NCBI GenBank assembly: GCA_012862495.1
Contig: BLSG01000237.1
Coordinates: 10,762-58,872, forward strand
Length of the DNA stretch: 48,111 nucleotides
Direction: 5' to 3'
Origin: Thraustochytrium aureum
Taxonomy: Eukaryota
The notes under the pieces were generated by a model that saw only the letters and a program-made list of their open reading frames with translations, had not been told where the DNA came from and made no database searches. Positions 22,638 through 33,774 of this stretch are shown here, in pieces (the first letter of the stretch is position 1; each line of letters begins with the position of its first letter). Made by a program: the position numbers and the translations under genes.

Positions 22638-22984
22638 CATAGAGCTACTCGCTTGCTCTTGATTGAAAGATAGATGCGCAGTGGCTTGCTTGCTGGCGGA
22701 GGGGGGAAATAGTGTGATGTTGCTCTCTCATCAAGGAAGATCCTCTTTGGTCTCGTCTCGTGCAATACGCGTCACCTGCCCCCGCGCGCAGGAGCCCTCT
22801 AGCTAGCTAGCTAGTGCAGCTCTACAAGAGGTTTGTACGTCAAGGGCAACGCGAGCTCGCTCGTGGCAGCACGAAAGCAAGGAGAGCGCGGGCTGCAAAC
22901 GAGCTGCAGCTCGCAGGGCAAGAGGAGTTACACGGCGCCACTGGCTTGCTCTAGACTTTCTCTCTTGTGATCATCAAACAATCG

Positions 22985-23618
22985 TTATTGTTGGGATGCC
23001 TTCGCGCCGCCCACACCCTTTTCCTGGTTCATCTTCCTGCGCTGCTCGAGGAACTTTTCCCACGGCTCTGACGCAGCCTCAACAACTGGCTTGCGCGTCA
23101 CTGGCTGCGCATCCCACGACTCGATCTTGGGGCCAAGCTCTTTGCGCTTTGGGTGTTGCATGTGGCCTGGCTGTGTGTAAAACTCGTTCTCTCCGGCCTT
23201 GCCAAAGTGGTGGTCCACACCGTACCCTCGCTCGCGATGCAAAGTCGGGTTCGGCCGCCACTCGCGCGTGTGCTCGACGTTGTAGTGGTGTTGCACCGGG
23301 TTAGAGACGCCTTCGGCGACGGGGGATACCGGTGCGCTTTGGGACCTCGCCCATGGGCGGCGGCACCGTATCGGTGGTGTAGTGGAGCCACCCATGCCAG
23401 CGTGGGCTCACCCAGGAGGCGTCCGTCAGGCTGGGCGCGTCCCAAAACTTCGGCTCCACCCAGCGGTGCTGTCCGGAGGGCAGCTCGAGGTTTTCAAAGT
23501 ACTTGTTGCCGAGCTCGTCGGTCCCGACGTGGCGTCCAAACTTGATGTCCTTGAACTGGTACAGCCTCTTAACGGTGTCCCTCAGCCCGTACATCTGCAG
23601 CGCCTTGACATAGTTCAT
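22985..23618 (-). CDS. NDUFA12: NADH:ubiquinone oxidoreductase subunit A12 (B17.2); frameshift near 23330-23350
   Basis: 'K.G.HVGTDELGNKYFEN...P.GQHRWVE', 'DASWVSPRWHGWLHYTTD..P', then 'WRPNPT' and terminal 'IESWD' in the adjacent frame. Confidence 0.9.
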
Positions 23619-23682
23619 CCTGCCCGCTCGCCAGCGAGCGCCCGCCGAGCAACACCTGTGGCCGTGCGTGCGCCTGCGCTCG

Positions 23683-23683
23683 A

Positions 23684-23719
<36 letters not shown>

Positions 23720-23799
23720 CTCTTGTCCGTGCGGGCCTGCCTGCCAGAGCGCCAGCGAGGATGCCTGCCAGAATGCGCGAATGCCTGCCAGAATGCGCG
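23683..23799. repeat. (CCTG)n microsatellite plus 20-bp tandem duplication upstream of NDUFA12
   Basis: cctgcctgcctg... at 23683-23719, and atgcctgccagaatgcgcg x2 at 23761-23799. Confidence 0.85.
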
Positions 23800-24201
23800 C
23801 GACGAATAGCGCCACTGCCGTCAAGCGCCTCCTGCGCGTCGCCGCGGTACTGCAGCGCAGGCAGAGCGTGTGGAGGCTCACGAGGCGCACGGCCGCAGCG
23901 CAAGCAGAGACCTGCGCGGGCGTGCTCGACATAGGCGCCCTTTTGGCGCATTTTGTGGCAGCCAGTCGCGCAAGGGGGGTGACCTGCACCCTAACCCGAC
24001 CCTCTGTGCGCGCGTCAGCCAAAGGGTGCGCACTCGTTCCTCTCTCGCCGGGACGTCCAATGCGCGCGGGTTTCTCTCTATTGGAGGGCGCGCTGTTCGT
24101 GTTGTTCTTCCGCCAGCGGGTGTGCACCAGTTTCTCTCCAGGGGCCACCACTCATTGCCATTGCTCGTTGATGCTTTGACGGACGGAGACATTGCAGGTG
24201 G

Positions 24202-25092
24202 ATGTCGCGGGAGGAGATGGACATCGTCAATGTGACAGACATCAGGGACTTGGATGATCGACGTGGCAGCCCTCGTCCGAGACATCGAGAGCGTGGCCGC
24301 CCTCGTCCGAGACATCGAGAGCGTGGCCTGGACGAGGTCTGGGTGGAGGAGGTTGAGATGGGCGTGTACGAAGGGTGCTCGAACATGGCGAGGCGAGCCG
24401 CGCTCGTTCGGAAGGCGCTGCGGAGTCGGCAGGCTGACCTGTCGATCTTGCTGGACGGTGTCGCGAAAGTGCATAACCTTGGCGCGATTCTGCGCACTGC
24501 CGACGCCGTCGGGGTTGCTGAGGCGCACGTGGTCGTGCCCCGGAGGACGAGCACGTGGGACGGGAAGAGGGAGCTGAAGAGAGGGATGCACGCGTCGAAG
24601 GGAAGCGAGCGGTGGGTCGACGTCGTCGTGCACGACGCAACGCCCGCCGCGATCGAGGCCGTCAAGGCGAAGGGGATGAAGGTCTTCGCGGCAGGGTTTA
24701 CGCCTGGCTCGGTTGACTTTCGCGAGCCGGACTACACGGGGCCTACATGCTTCGTGGTGGGGACCGAGGTGACCGGGCTATCCACCGCCTCCACCGAGGC
24801 CGCCGATGCGCACATCACCATCCCCAACATGGGCATGGTCGAGTCGCTGAACGTATCGGTCGCCTCCGCCCTCCTGCTCTACGAGGCGCAGAGGCAGCGC
24901 GAGGCCGCGCGCCTCTACGAGAGGCCGCAACTCTGTAGCGAAGAAATCGAGCGCCGCGTCTTCCGCCTGCTGCACCCAGAGGTCTACGCCGCCTGCTTGT
25001 CTCACGACCTCGCGTTCGTGCCGCTCGGCGAGGACGGCCTCGTGCCGCCCGACCTGATCGAGCAGCTGCGGGCCGCGCGCAAGTCAGCATAA
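24202..25092 (+). CDS. trmH: SpoU/TrmH-family tRNA (guanosine-2'-O)-methyltransferase
   Basis: 'R.RQ.DL...LD.V.K.HNLGAILRTADAVG', 'SKGSERWV', 'VDFRE.DYT.PT..VVG.E..G.S', 'IP.MGMVESLNVSVA.ALLLYEAQRQR', plus a TrmH-like C-terminal extension. Confidence 0.9.
   Translation: MSREEMDIVNVTDIRDLDDRRGSPRPRHRERGRPRPRHRERGLDEVWVEEVEMGVYEGCSNMARRAALVRKALRSRQADLSILLDGVAKVHNLGAILRTADAVGVAEAHVVVPRRTSTWDGKRELKRGMHASKGSERWVDVVVHDATPAAIEAVKAKGMKVFAAGFTPGSVDFREPDYTGPTCFVVGTEVTGLSTASTEAADAHITIPNMGMVESLNVSVASALLLYEAQRQREAARLYERPQLCSEEIERRVFRLLHPEVYAACLSHDLAFVPLGEDGLVPPDLIEQLRAARKSA
24271..24328. repeat. 30-bp in-frame tandem duplication in the trmH N-terminus (PRPRHRERG x2)
   Basis: cctcgtccgagacatcgagagcgtggcc occurs at 24271 and 24301. 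Confidence 0.9.
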
Positions 25093-25293
25093 TCATGAGC
25101 GAGCGACGAGCCTCCCTCGGTCCGTCCAGGAGAAGATGGACCAAAACCGCGGTCAGTGTCTCAAGTCAGTGTAGAGTACTTCGGTAGTTTCTTGCGTCGC
25201 AACTTCATCCCCGAGCCGCGCGGCGCCCCGCTCCACGGCGGCCGAACAAGTCCAGCTGGTCGCCGCGCGCATTCGGGTACTACTGCGGCGGCG

Positions 25294-26403
25294 ATGAGTG
25301 CCCAGGTTGCAGAGGTGCTCCGGTTTTTGGTGGCGCACGGTTTGGACGCGCTGGCCTGCCTCAAGCCGCTCGTCGACGCCAAGGTGCTCAGCGAGGAAGG
25401 CATCCTCTCGATGTCGAAGGCAGACGTGGAGCGAGTTCTGCCCAAGGCCTGGCAGCGGAAAATGCTCGCGGCGATTCGCAAACGGAAGGCGGCAGAGCAA
25501 TCTGGCTCCAGCCCGGGCGGCGTCGCCGGGAGCAAGCGGGCGAGGGCGACCGAGGCTACACCGGCTGCAGCGCCTCCCGAGCTCGACGTTGCGCCCAAGA
25601 TCGAGCTTGAGGAAGCGCCCAACGCGAGCGGCGGCGCTCTTGATGCACCGCCAGAGGCTGTGATGGTGAACCGTTCGCCAGTGATGATCCTTTGGGGGGC
25701 TGTTGTCGCGCATCGGCTCGGTCACGACTGGAGCGCCGCGCTCTCGCTCGGGTCGATGATGGCTGGCCTAAACGCCCGCTCGAAGGGCAAGAGTCTCGGC
25801 ATTTACTCGCACAGTGGACCTGGCGGTTCGTCAAGCGACTTGCCCTTTCCGGCCCAGCTTGCCGCCGAGGGATGGTCTCCGGTCGCCGTCGACTTGCTAG
25901 GCCGACGCCTTGTTGCAGCGCAAAAGGCAGTTCCCGCGGTGCCAGTCGCGGCGGTTCGCGGCCACAACGATGGGCGAATCGTTCGAGCAAGCGCTGTACA
26001 AGAAAGTTTAAGGCGCGCTTTCTCTTGTCGCCTCAACGAGGTGTACTCCTCGATGGTGCGCCTAGCCCAGCGGTTTCCCGTGCCGGCTCTCATGGACGGC
26101 GCTACTGCGTACGAACTGTATTGCGGGTTTCGTCCAGAAATCCCCTCCGGCCGCGCAGGGTGGGGTGCCAAAGGCCGACTCGACCTTGTCGCCCTCGAAG
26201 CCCTCGCAGATGAGCCGCGGTTCGCCCGGCTGGTGCACCCGTCGTCGGAGTCAAGTTCGCCGGTCGCGCCGCGGCCGAAATCTGAGCCTGATTGCGTCGC
26301 CCAGGTAACGTTGTCAATCGCATCCGCCCCGATTGAGAAAGTAGAAGCTGAGCCGATGGTCGGCAGCGACACGGCCATCGTTGCCAAACAAGAACGATCT
26401 TGA
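25294..26403 (+). CDS. Conserved hypothetical protein (SAM-like N-terminal helices plus an uncharacterised 'NR.P...W...VA.RLG' domain)
   Basis: Long ORF with globular motifs 'VMVNRSPVMILWGAVVAHRLG.DW..ALSLG...AGLNA.SKG.SLGIY' and 'AYELYCGFRPEIPSG..GWGAKG.LDL'. I recall these from an uncharacterised family shared by bacteria and fungi; not verified. Confidence 0.7.
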   Translation: MSAQVAEVLRFLVAHGLDALACLKPLVDAKVLSEEGILSMSKADVERVLPKAWQRKMLAAIRKRKAAEQSGSSPGGVAGSKRARATEATPAAAPPELDVAPKIELEEAPNASGGALDAPPEAVMVNRSPVMILWGAVVAHRLGHDWSAALSLGSMMAGLNARSKGKSLGIYSHSGPGGSSSDLPFPAQLAAEGWSPVAVDLLGRRLVAAQKAVPAVPVAAVRGHNDGRIVRASAVQESLRRAFSCRLNEVYSSMVRLAQRFPVPALMDGATAYELYCGFRPEIPSGRAGWGAKGRLDLVALEALADEPRFARLVHPSSESSSPVAPRPKSEPDCVAQVTLSIASAPIEKVEAEPMVGSDTAIVAKQERS

Positions 26404-26857
26404 TTGTTTCCGGATTGCACAGTGCGAAATAGCCGAAGCCATTTTCTGCGAAGCCGAAGGGCTCTCCGTCTTTGCCGTCTACTACGGGTTTCGAAAGAAA
26501 ACCCGTTGCTCTTGCGCCTGCAGCCCGTGTTGCACGGTCGTCAAGGCGCTTGGTGGGCGGGGCGGCAGGCGAGCCCTCCAGCCCCCCAAACCGGATGTTG
26601 TGAATCTACATTTGTTTTGTCTGTTCGCTACCTATCGTCTCGGCGCAGCCCGCGAGACCTCGCAAACCCCCATGTTAGTGCCAGGAGTTTCGTAGTGTAC
26701 GTGACTCGACGACCCGAGTTCTCATGAACTGTGTCAAGCTGCGGGTGCAGTTCGTGTGAGTGCTCGCAGTGCCGAATCAGTGCCGAAGACGAAGAAAGCG
26801 TACCGCTACTCGGGCGGGTGAGGGCGCTGTCACTCTGGGGAAGGCAGTGGATGCGAA

Positions 26858-28859
26858 CTAGAGTTTCTGCACCTTTGCTCGGGCACGGCGCGCCCGCTGC
26901 ATTCGCTCAATATGGTTGCTTTGCGATTGTGCCAGGCGCTCAGCACGACTTCCGGTTTTCCCGCTACGAGCCATCGGGTGGCCGGTCGCCTTCGCCGCGG
27001 CCGTATTGCGGCCGTATTGCGCAGGCTTCGCATGGACCCCGCTCGCGCTGCAATTGTTTGTGCGAGGGCGGCCAGCGGGCTCCTTGCTGATCGAACCGCC
27101 AACAACCTGTTCGCGGCCGCGCCCATGCACTGGACGACGAGGGAGGCACCGTGGAGAGGCCAAAGTGCGGCGAGACGGCGCCGGCCTCGGTTTCTGCGAA
27201 ATGTGGCTTGGTTTACCATTTGGGACGCCCTGCGAGCGGCGGGCAGACCCTTTCGCCGGGGATTGCGGCAAGAGCTGCAGAGACCGCCTCAGTTTGAGCG
27301 CTTCGACTGTCTGCGCAAGACGCTCCAATGCAGTGCCGCGCTGCCGATCAGTCGTTTGGTGGATGCCACAAGCGGTTTCGGGGCTACGGCTGGGCCTCGC
27401 GAAGGGCTCATCCCCCGCATCGCTCTCGCAGCCCGAGTCGCTCTCCTCAAAGTCGGAGTCGAGAGGGTAAAACCGGAGAGGCTCGGCAGGCTCGCTCCCC
27501 TCGGAGCTGCTGTCTCCGTCATGCAGTATTTGCTCGCCGAGAAATGTTGGAGGGGTTGCCTTGTTGGTCACTTCCAGGCCCACTTGCTGCCTGCGCTTTT
27601 CGAGTGCAGAATCAAGCGAGCCGCGAAAATCGTCGAGTAGCGCGAACTCGCGGCGCACTGCAGCTTTTACGGTGCGCGACGTCTGGTGCCAAGCTACGCA
27701 CCGAGCGTCGTCGTGTGTATTGGGCAGCTCGCCCAAGGCTGCCACATTCGCCATCTCGTTCAGAGAGTGCACGGCCTGCCTGCTTGCTGCATCGCACTGC
27801 TCTTCGATGGCCGTCAGGACTGCGATGAGGCCTCGGGCATCGGCTCGAGTCAGCTCGGACTCGTAGAAGGACTCGAGTAGCCTTTCGTGGCAGGTGGAGG
27901 CTACCTCGCGTGCGTGTGAGGGGGCATTGCGGAGATCGATCGGGACGGGCTCGACCGGGGTTTTGGATAGCCGCAAGCCAAGGCCGGGGTGGCGGTTCCG
28001 AACCACGCCAGACGCGAGCTGCTGAAGGGCCGAGTTGTTGTGCACGAGACCAAGCCTTTCTCGCTCAGCGAGCTCGTCCTCGTCGCGGTGGAGCCCGTCT
28101 GGGACGACCGTTGTGTTCTCTGGCCGGCTGTGCTCGACCCCCGTTGAATTCACGATTTTGCCAGAGAGACCCACTTGGCTCACGTTGGTGGGTGGCGCGG
28201 CTTTGAGTGGGGCCATCGAGGTTTTAATCTCCGTACCAACCGAAGTTTCAGGGTCAACTCTGGCGACGCTAACTGCAAGCCATTCTGCTGCGTCGGCCCG
28301 AGGCCTTGCGACGCCATCATCCGAAAACACGGCGGGTTTGTCGCTGGAGCCCATGGCCATCCTGCCTGCAGAAAAATCGAGCTCGCGGTCTTCGCTTTCG
28401 TCCTGAACTGGGGGTGACACCGCGCCGCGGCATGGAGAAGCTGGCCCAGCAGCATNNNNNNNNNNNNNNNNNNNNNNNNNNNNNNNNNNNNNNNNNNNNN
28501 NNNNNNNNNNNNNNNNNNNNNNNNNNNNNNNNNNNNNNNNNGCCGCCAAGTTGGTCCAGAAATGTTGGCGCCACGTCCTTGTGGCACTCGTCGCTAAACT
28601 CGCTATGCGCGCCGCTCAAGGTGGATAGATCACTTTGCGTTGTGTCCATGACACTCGTGCCCCGCGTTGTGCCCGCTTTGTTCATGGCAATTCCTGTTGA
28701 GGCCAAGTTCGCGTTGCCAGAGCCAACCTGCGGCGGCTTCGACATCTCGGATGAGACCGAGACGTCTGGCGCGTCCAAGCTTGAGGCGGTAAAAGACTCG
28801 CTGTCGGCGCTGTAGTAGCTCAGCCTACTGGAATCGAAGTCGTTTGGTACGAGCACCAT
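26858..28859 (-). CDS. Hypothetical protein, low-complexity Ser/acidic with central coiled-coil; spans N-gap 28456-28541
   Basis: Long open frames on both sides of the gap (ATG at 28859, 'MVLVPNDFDSS'), helical segment 'LIAVLTAIEEQC...LDDFRGSLDSALEKRRQ'. No recognised domain. Confidence 0.5.
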
Positions 28860-31180
28860 TGCGGTCGCCGTGCGTGGAGTGGAGCTGTGGACTCGCGCCG
28901 GAGTTTCGCTGCTGTTGCTTTGTTGTTGTAGTCCTTGTGGTGAGTGCCTGTCTGTCGTGCTGCGCGTTCGTGTGCTGGTTCGGTAGTTGCGTTTATTCTG
29001 TTGTGCTAGCTGCGAGACGCGAGGTTTAGCAGTGTCCCTGGCCTGCCTGCTTTTGCGTCGCTGGTGCCGCTCAAAGGTGTCGTGGTCTGCTGCTGCTTGG
29101 CGCCTTGGCTTGTGCCGCGACAAGTGCCTTGGGTATGGTGTTTGCACGCGTATGCTTGTTTTGGCGTAACCGCACCGTGTACCAGTTGCACAGCGTGCAG
29201 ATCGTGAGGGAATCCCGCTTGAGAGGGCAAGCGGGAAGAAGGCCAAGGTGGAAGACAGCGCCATGGCTCTCAGCACTTCAACAAAAAGAAAACCAACCAT
29301 GTCTTGCCGACCACGGGGAGTTTTGGCTTGAAGCGTGCCTCACTGGCACGGGACTCTGCGCAATCGTGATCTGCTTCGAACTCAAACTGACTGAGAAGGG
29401 CAGGCGAGGCAAGAATTAAGGCACTTGTGTGTGTGTGTGTCTGGCATCCACCTGCCACCCAAATATGGGGCCACCGCGATTGTTGGCATCGTTGCGCAAT
29501 TTTTAATTAAAAGCTTGCAAGCGCTCGCGCCGCCTTCTCCCACCTCCTCTCTGAATGAAGCCGTCGCACCGTCCAATCCTGATCGGGCATGTGGTACGTT
29601 TTGCCTCTTCCACAAGCCACACCGAACACAACCGAGCCTAGCCAAACCAAAACCAGTCAAAGAGCCGATCCCATCGCCTGCGCAAACTGTTTGCCCGCGT
29701 GGTCCGTGGGGGCCGGCTTGACTCACCGAGTTCACCAGTGAAGCGCACGGTTTTTTCGTGGAAAGCGAATGGCGCGGTGCGAGGTGGTACCTGTACCGCT
29801 CTGTTATTGTTACCCCGAAAACTGGAACCCGAAAAACCGCAAACGTTACGTGTCCCGCGGGCGCACTTGGGCGTTTTCGTCTGCCCGGTTTGTCTCCAAT
29901 TCAGCACGCCGCGCCCCCGCCCCCCCCCCCAACGTGGCAGTTAGCACGCGGCTTTGCGAGGAGACCTGAGGGTTAAAGGTACCATGGTACCTACCCAGTA
30001 CTCGCTTGTTTCGTGTGATTTGCCAACACGAAAAACAGTGGCTCAGCTCCTACTCTAGAGAGTTCTTCAGAGAGTTTTGTGTTCGGAGAAAATCGTCTCA
30101 CTGTCGAGGTCCTTCAACTGAACGGATTGCGAGCAGTGGGTCTTTCGGAGTCATCACCATTCTCCAGTGATTTGTTCGTTTTCTGTGGACTCTCCCTCAA
30201 GGTGCCGAGAATTCATCTGTACCGGCACTGGCTCCTTAACATGATCCAGGGGCTCAACCAGGTCCCGTGGGAGCCGTCATGGGGGGGATGGGCTCGGCAT
30301 CGACTCCATGGTCCTGAAAAAGGCGAGGACAGCCCTTTCACAGGATGGATGGTCTGCGAGCTGAGGGTCGTTCGACCAATCTTCACCACTCTGCAGTGAT
30401 TTGTTCGCTTTCTGTGGCTCCGAGCGCATTTTGTTCGGGTCCGCCAGGGAGAAAACCGTCTGCAGCAACAACAACTCCTTTCCATTTTCTATGCAGAATT
30501 GAAAACGACGTACGAGAAAGTACACCTCGCGGCAGACGCCGCGTTTTTTTTAGACGAGACCTCAGCCCAGCTCCGTAGAAACTTAGGGTTGATGGGCAGA
30601 CTGCGGAAAGGTCCAACCTCTGCTACTGGAAGCGGTGCCAGCCGTCAGTCGTACAGAATCATCAACGATGGTGGCTTCGCTTCCCTTTCTTGCGCTCATC
30701 CTCGCCTTGACGAAAGCACCACTGGCGCCCCATCCTCCACCTCTTTCACCAGTGCCGCTTCCGCCGCCTCCTTCACTCGCTCGACTCCGCAACCGCAAGC
30801 CTCTGCGGATCTCCAATTTATTGTCATCTCCGCTGTATTATTAGAGGGTTTTATGACTGTTGCGATTGGACACCGAAGGGCGGTCAGAGTTGCAGGCTGT
30901 CCTACGCTGCTTCGCTTGCGCGCTTGGAGCCCGCGTGATTCGCGCCTCTCTTCAGAGGCCGACTCCTCCAGAGTTCCTGGCTGGCTGGCTGGTCAGCTCG
31001 CTATTTGGGCAGTTGGTGATGTTTCATTATTCAACCACCCACCGCTCAGCGAAAGTGAATGGCACGGCGGATGCCTTGCTTGCTGGCAGATGGTCGCAAT
31101 CCCCATCCCCGTTGTCCAAAGCCGAGGCTTGCGAAGGCAAAGGAGAAAGAAGCCAAGGGCCTTGCTAGGGACGCGTTGGA

Positions 31181-32128
31181 ATGACGGCCAGCGAACTTGA
31201 TGGCTGCCTCGGACGCCTCGACGAGCTCCAGGCGACGCTTGACGCCGCGGTTCGCGCGAATCGCGCAGCGTACGAGGAGTGCCCAGACGGCGCCTTATTC
31301 GCCGTGCAGTCTTGCGCACGGCACGCCGTGCAGGTGATCGCCGAGAGCCTGAACGCTGCCGCGATATGCCTCTCACGCGACTTTGCTGAGCGCGAGACAC
31401 GGTCGAGGCTGCTTGCAGAGCGCACCAACAAGCTTTCCCTGGTAAGTCAGCCCTGCCAGCACACTGCTCCACGGCATGGATGTCCGGTAACTCTGGCCCA
31501 GCGTTCACTGACTGTCTGACCTGCCGCAGCGAGCCGAGGTGACGAAGCGGGCCAACTGCAGCGCGGCAAGCGCGTGGCTCCTTGCCAGCCAGGCCTCAGC
31601 ACCGCTCCTGCGTCACCGAGCTGGCCACGACGACGTGTTCACGGGTAAGTCGTCTCGCGCTCTCGAGTGGAAGCACCAGCAAGACAACACCTTGGTGCTG
31701 ACACCGCGCCACATGCACCGCGAAAAGAGTACATGCCACTCGGTGACTTGGCCACGGCGCGGACCTTAAACCCCGATATCGACTTGAACAGTACAGAGGT
31801 CCCACACGCGCCGCCGTTCGCATTTCACACCGAGTCAGCTCGGCGTTCTGCAAACAGCGACGGCCGTGCACGGGCCGCGCTGCACCTCTTCAGCGAAGAC
31901 GCCGCAAATGGTGTGGACCCGTTCTCCGAGAACGAGGCGGAGCTCGAAGACGACCAGGCCTTCTCCACTGGCCGCGGCGTGGACCTGTCAACAAACGAGG
32001 CCTCTGAGCTAGCCTGGCAGGAGGCCGGGTTTAGCAGCGACGACGACGATGGCGATGGGGCCAGTGGCAGCAGCGACACCACCTTTGACCAAACCGAGAG
32101 CAAGGGCGGCAGCGAGGACGGCTTTTAG
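31181..32128 (+). CDS. Three-exon hypothetical protein, ~258 aa (exons 31181-31441, 31530-31644, 31728-32128), coiled-coil N-terminus and acidic C-terminus
   Basis: Two GTAAGT donors (31442, 31645), CTGAC branch-like sites, and AG acceptors (31529, 31727). Phases 0 and 1 join ORFs 31181, 31539 and 31667 in frame. Confidence 0.75.
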
Positions 32129-32396
32129 TCTCACCAGTCATCCTTTCTAAAGAAGCGTCGCCCCCGCGCTTGCTTGCTTGCTCGCTGGGGTGGCGGGGTC
32201 GGCCTGCCCGCGCTGCTGGCCAGGAGAGCCCAGGAGCCCGCCTTCGCGCTCTGCCGTACCAGCTAGCTAGCTAGAGTAGCAACCGCGAGCAAACCTCACC
32301 ACCGCCGCCGCTGCCTCCTCGAGTTGTTGGCCGGCGACAGACATTGGCGGCTGCCCTGGCCGCGCCCTCGCGCACCCGCCCTCCGGCCAGCCGCCG

Positions 32397-33774
32397 ATGA
32401 GGTGGCTGTTCGTGTCGCGCGTGTTCCCCGAGCACACGGCGTCGGCCGCGGGGGTGCGCACTCGCGAGCTGCTGCGCCTCGCGCTGGGATGGCGCCAGCC
32501 GGACGAGCTCCTGGCGAGCGGCGCTGGCCTGGACGGCGCGGATGCGCGGAGCGGCGCGAGCACGGTGCACTTTGCTTGCAGCGGGAGGCGCAAGGAGCAG
32601 TTTGCGAACGAGCTGGCCAGCGCCGGCGTGGCACTGCACAGCGTGAGGCTCAACGAGAGCGACGAGTTCGTCGGGGTGCTGGAGGCGGCCAAACCTGACG
32701 TTGTCGTGTTCGACACCTTTGTCAGCGAGGAGTGCTTTGGCCACATCGTTGCCAAAGCCGCCCCCAATGCAATGCGCGTCCTAGATCTGCAGGATCTGCA
32801 CAGCGTGCGGCTGGCTCGGCAGCGAGCTGTATGGGTTGGCTCCGGGGAACCGTCGGCTCCGGCACAGGTGCTGCCAAACGCGACTGACCCAACTCTGGCT
32901 CGCGAGCTGGGTGCCGTTCACCGATCCGACCTCATTTTGGTGTGCGGCACGTTTGATCACCAACTTCTTGCCCAGACATTCGGCGTCGGAGTCGACAAGC
33001 TCGTGCTCGCGCCCTTGCTGTCAGGGTCATCTGGGGCTGCCGACTTGGTCGCGCTCGGCGACCTGCCCTCGTTCGACGCGCGCCGCGGACTTGTCACGAT
33101 CGGCAACTTTCGCCACAAGCCCAACCACGACGCCGTGCAATGGCTCGCCAGGGAAGTGTGGCCGCTCGTCCGCAGCGAGCTCCCCGACGCCCAGATGCAC
33201 GTGTATGGGGCATACATGGACAAGGCTTCCAAAGAACTCACGAATGCGCAGCAGGGCCTGTACGTCAAAGGCACGCTCGCGTCGCTCCATTCTCTCGCGC
33301 AGTACCGCGTCTCTCTCTCCCCACTGCGCTTTGGCAGTGGGGTTAAAGGCAAAATTATCGACTCGTGGGCGTGGGGCGTCCCAGTTGTCACGACGCCGGT
33401 TGGGGCGGAGAGCATGGCGCCGTTCGGCCTGGAACGCTGGGGCGGCAGCGCCTCATTTACACGCGCTGAAGACCTGGCCAAGGAAGCCGTGCGCTTGTAT
33501 AGAGACGTGTTCGCTTGGCGAGATGCGCAGGCGACTGGGCGCGAGATCCTGGCAAAGGCCTTTGACTCGAGCAGCGACGCGCGCCGCGTCACCCACGCAA
33601 TTCAGGCGCGCGTCAGCGCTCTCGGGCAAGCGCGGGAACGCGACTTTGTCCAGGGCGGTTCTGCTTGACGCGCGAAGCCGCGCAACAGAGTACATGTCCA
33701 AGTACATTCGAGCCAAGTCGGGCTCGCAGATGCGCACCAACGCTCCTGCTGGGGACGGTGCCAAGCTCCTGTAG
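32397..33774 (+). CDS. GT-B glycosyltransferase (GT4-like, Glyco_trans_1_4 type); frameshift near 33655
   Basis: 'FPE..ASAAG.R', 'PDVVVFD.F..EE.FG', 'RVLD.QDLH..R.AR', 'RELGAVHRSDL', 'IGNFRH.PN.DAV.WL...VWP', 'L.PLRFG.G.KGKI.D.W..G.P.VTTP.GAE.M'. The C-terminus continues in another frame with 'RATEYMSKYI.AK'. Confidence 0.85.

Noticed and set aside
29968..30590. Telomere-like TTAGGG/GAGGGTT words
   Set aside because: Isolated single copies, as expected by chance.
30499..31200. 233-aa plus-strand ORF
   Set aside because: Non-ATG start, low-complexity composition and no domain. Likely the 5' region of the 31181 gene.
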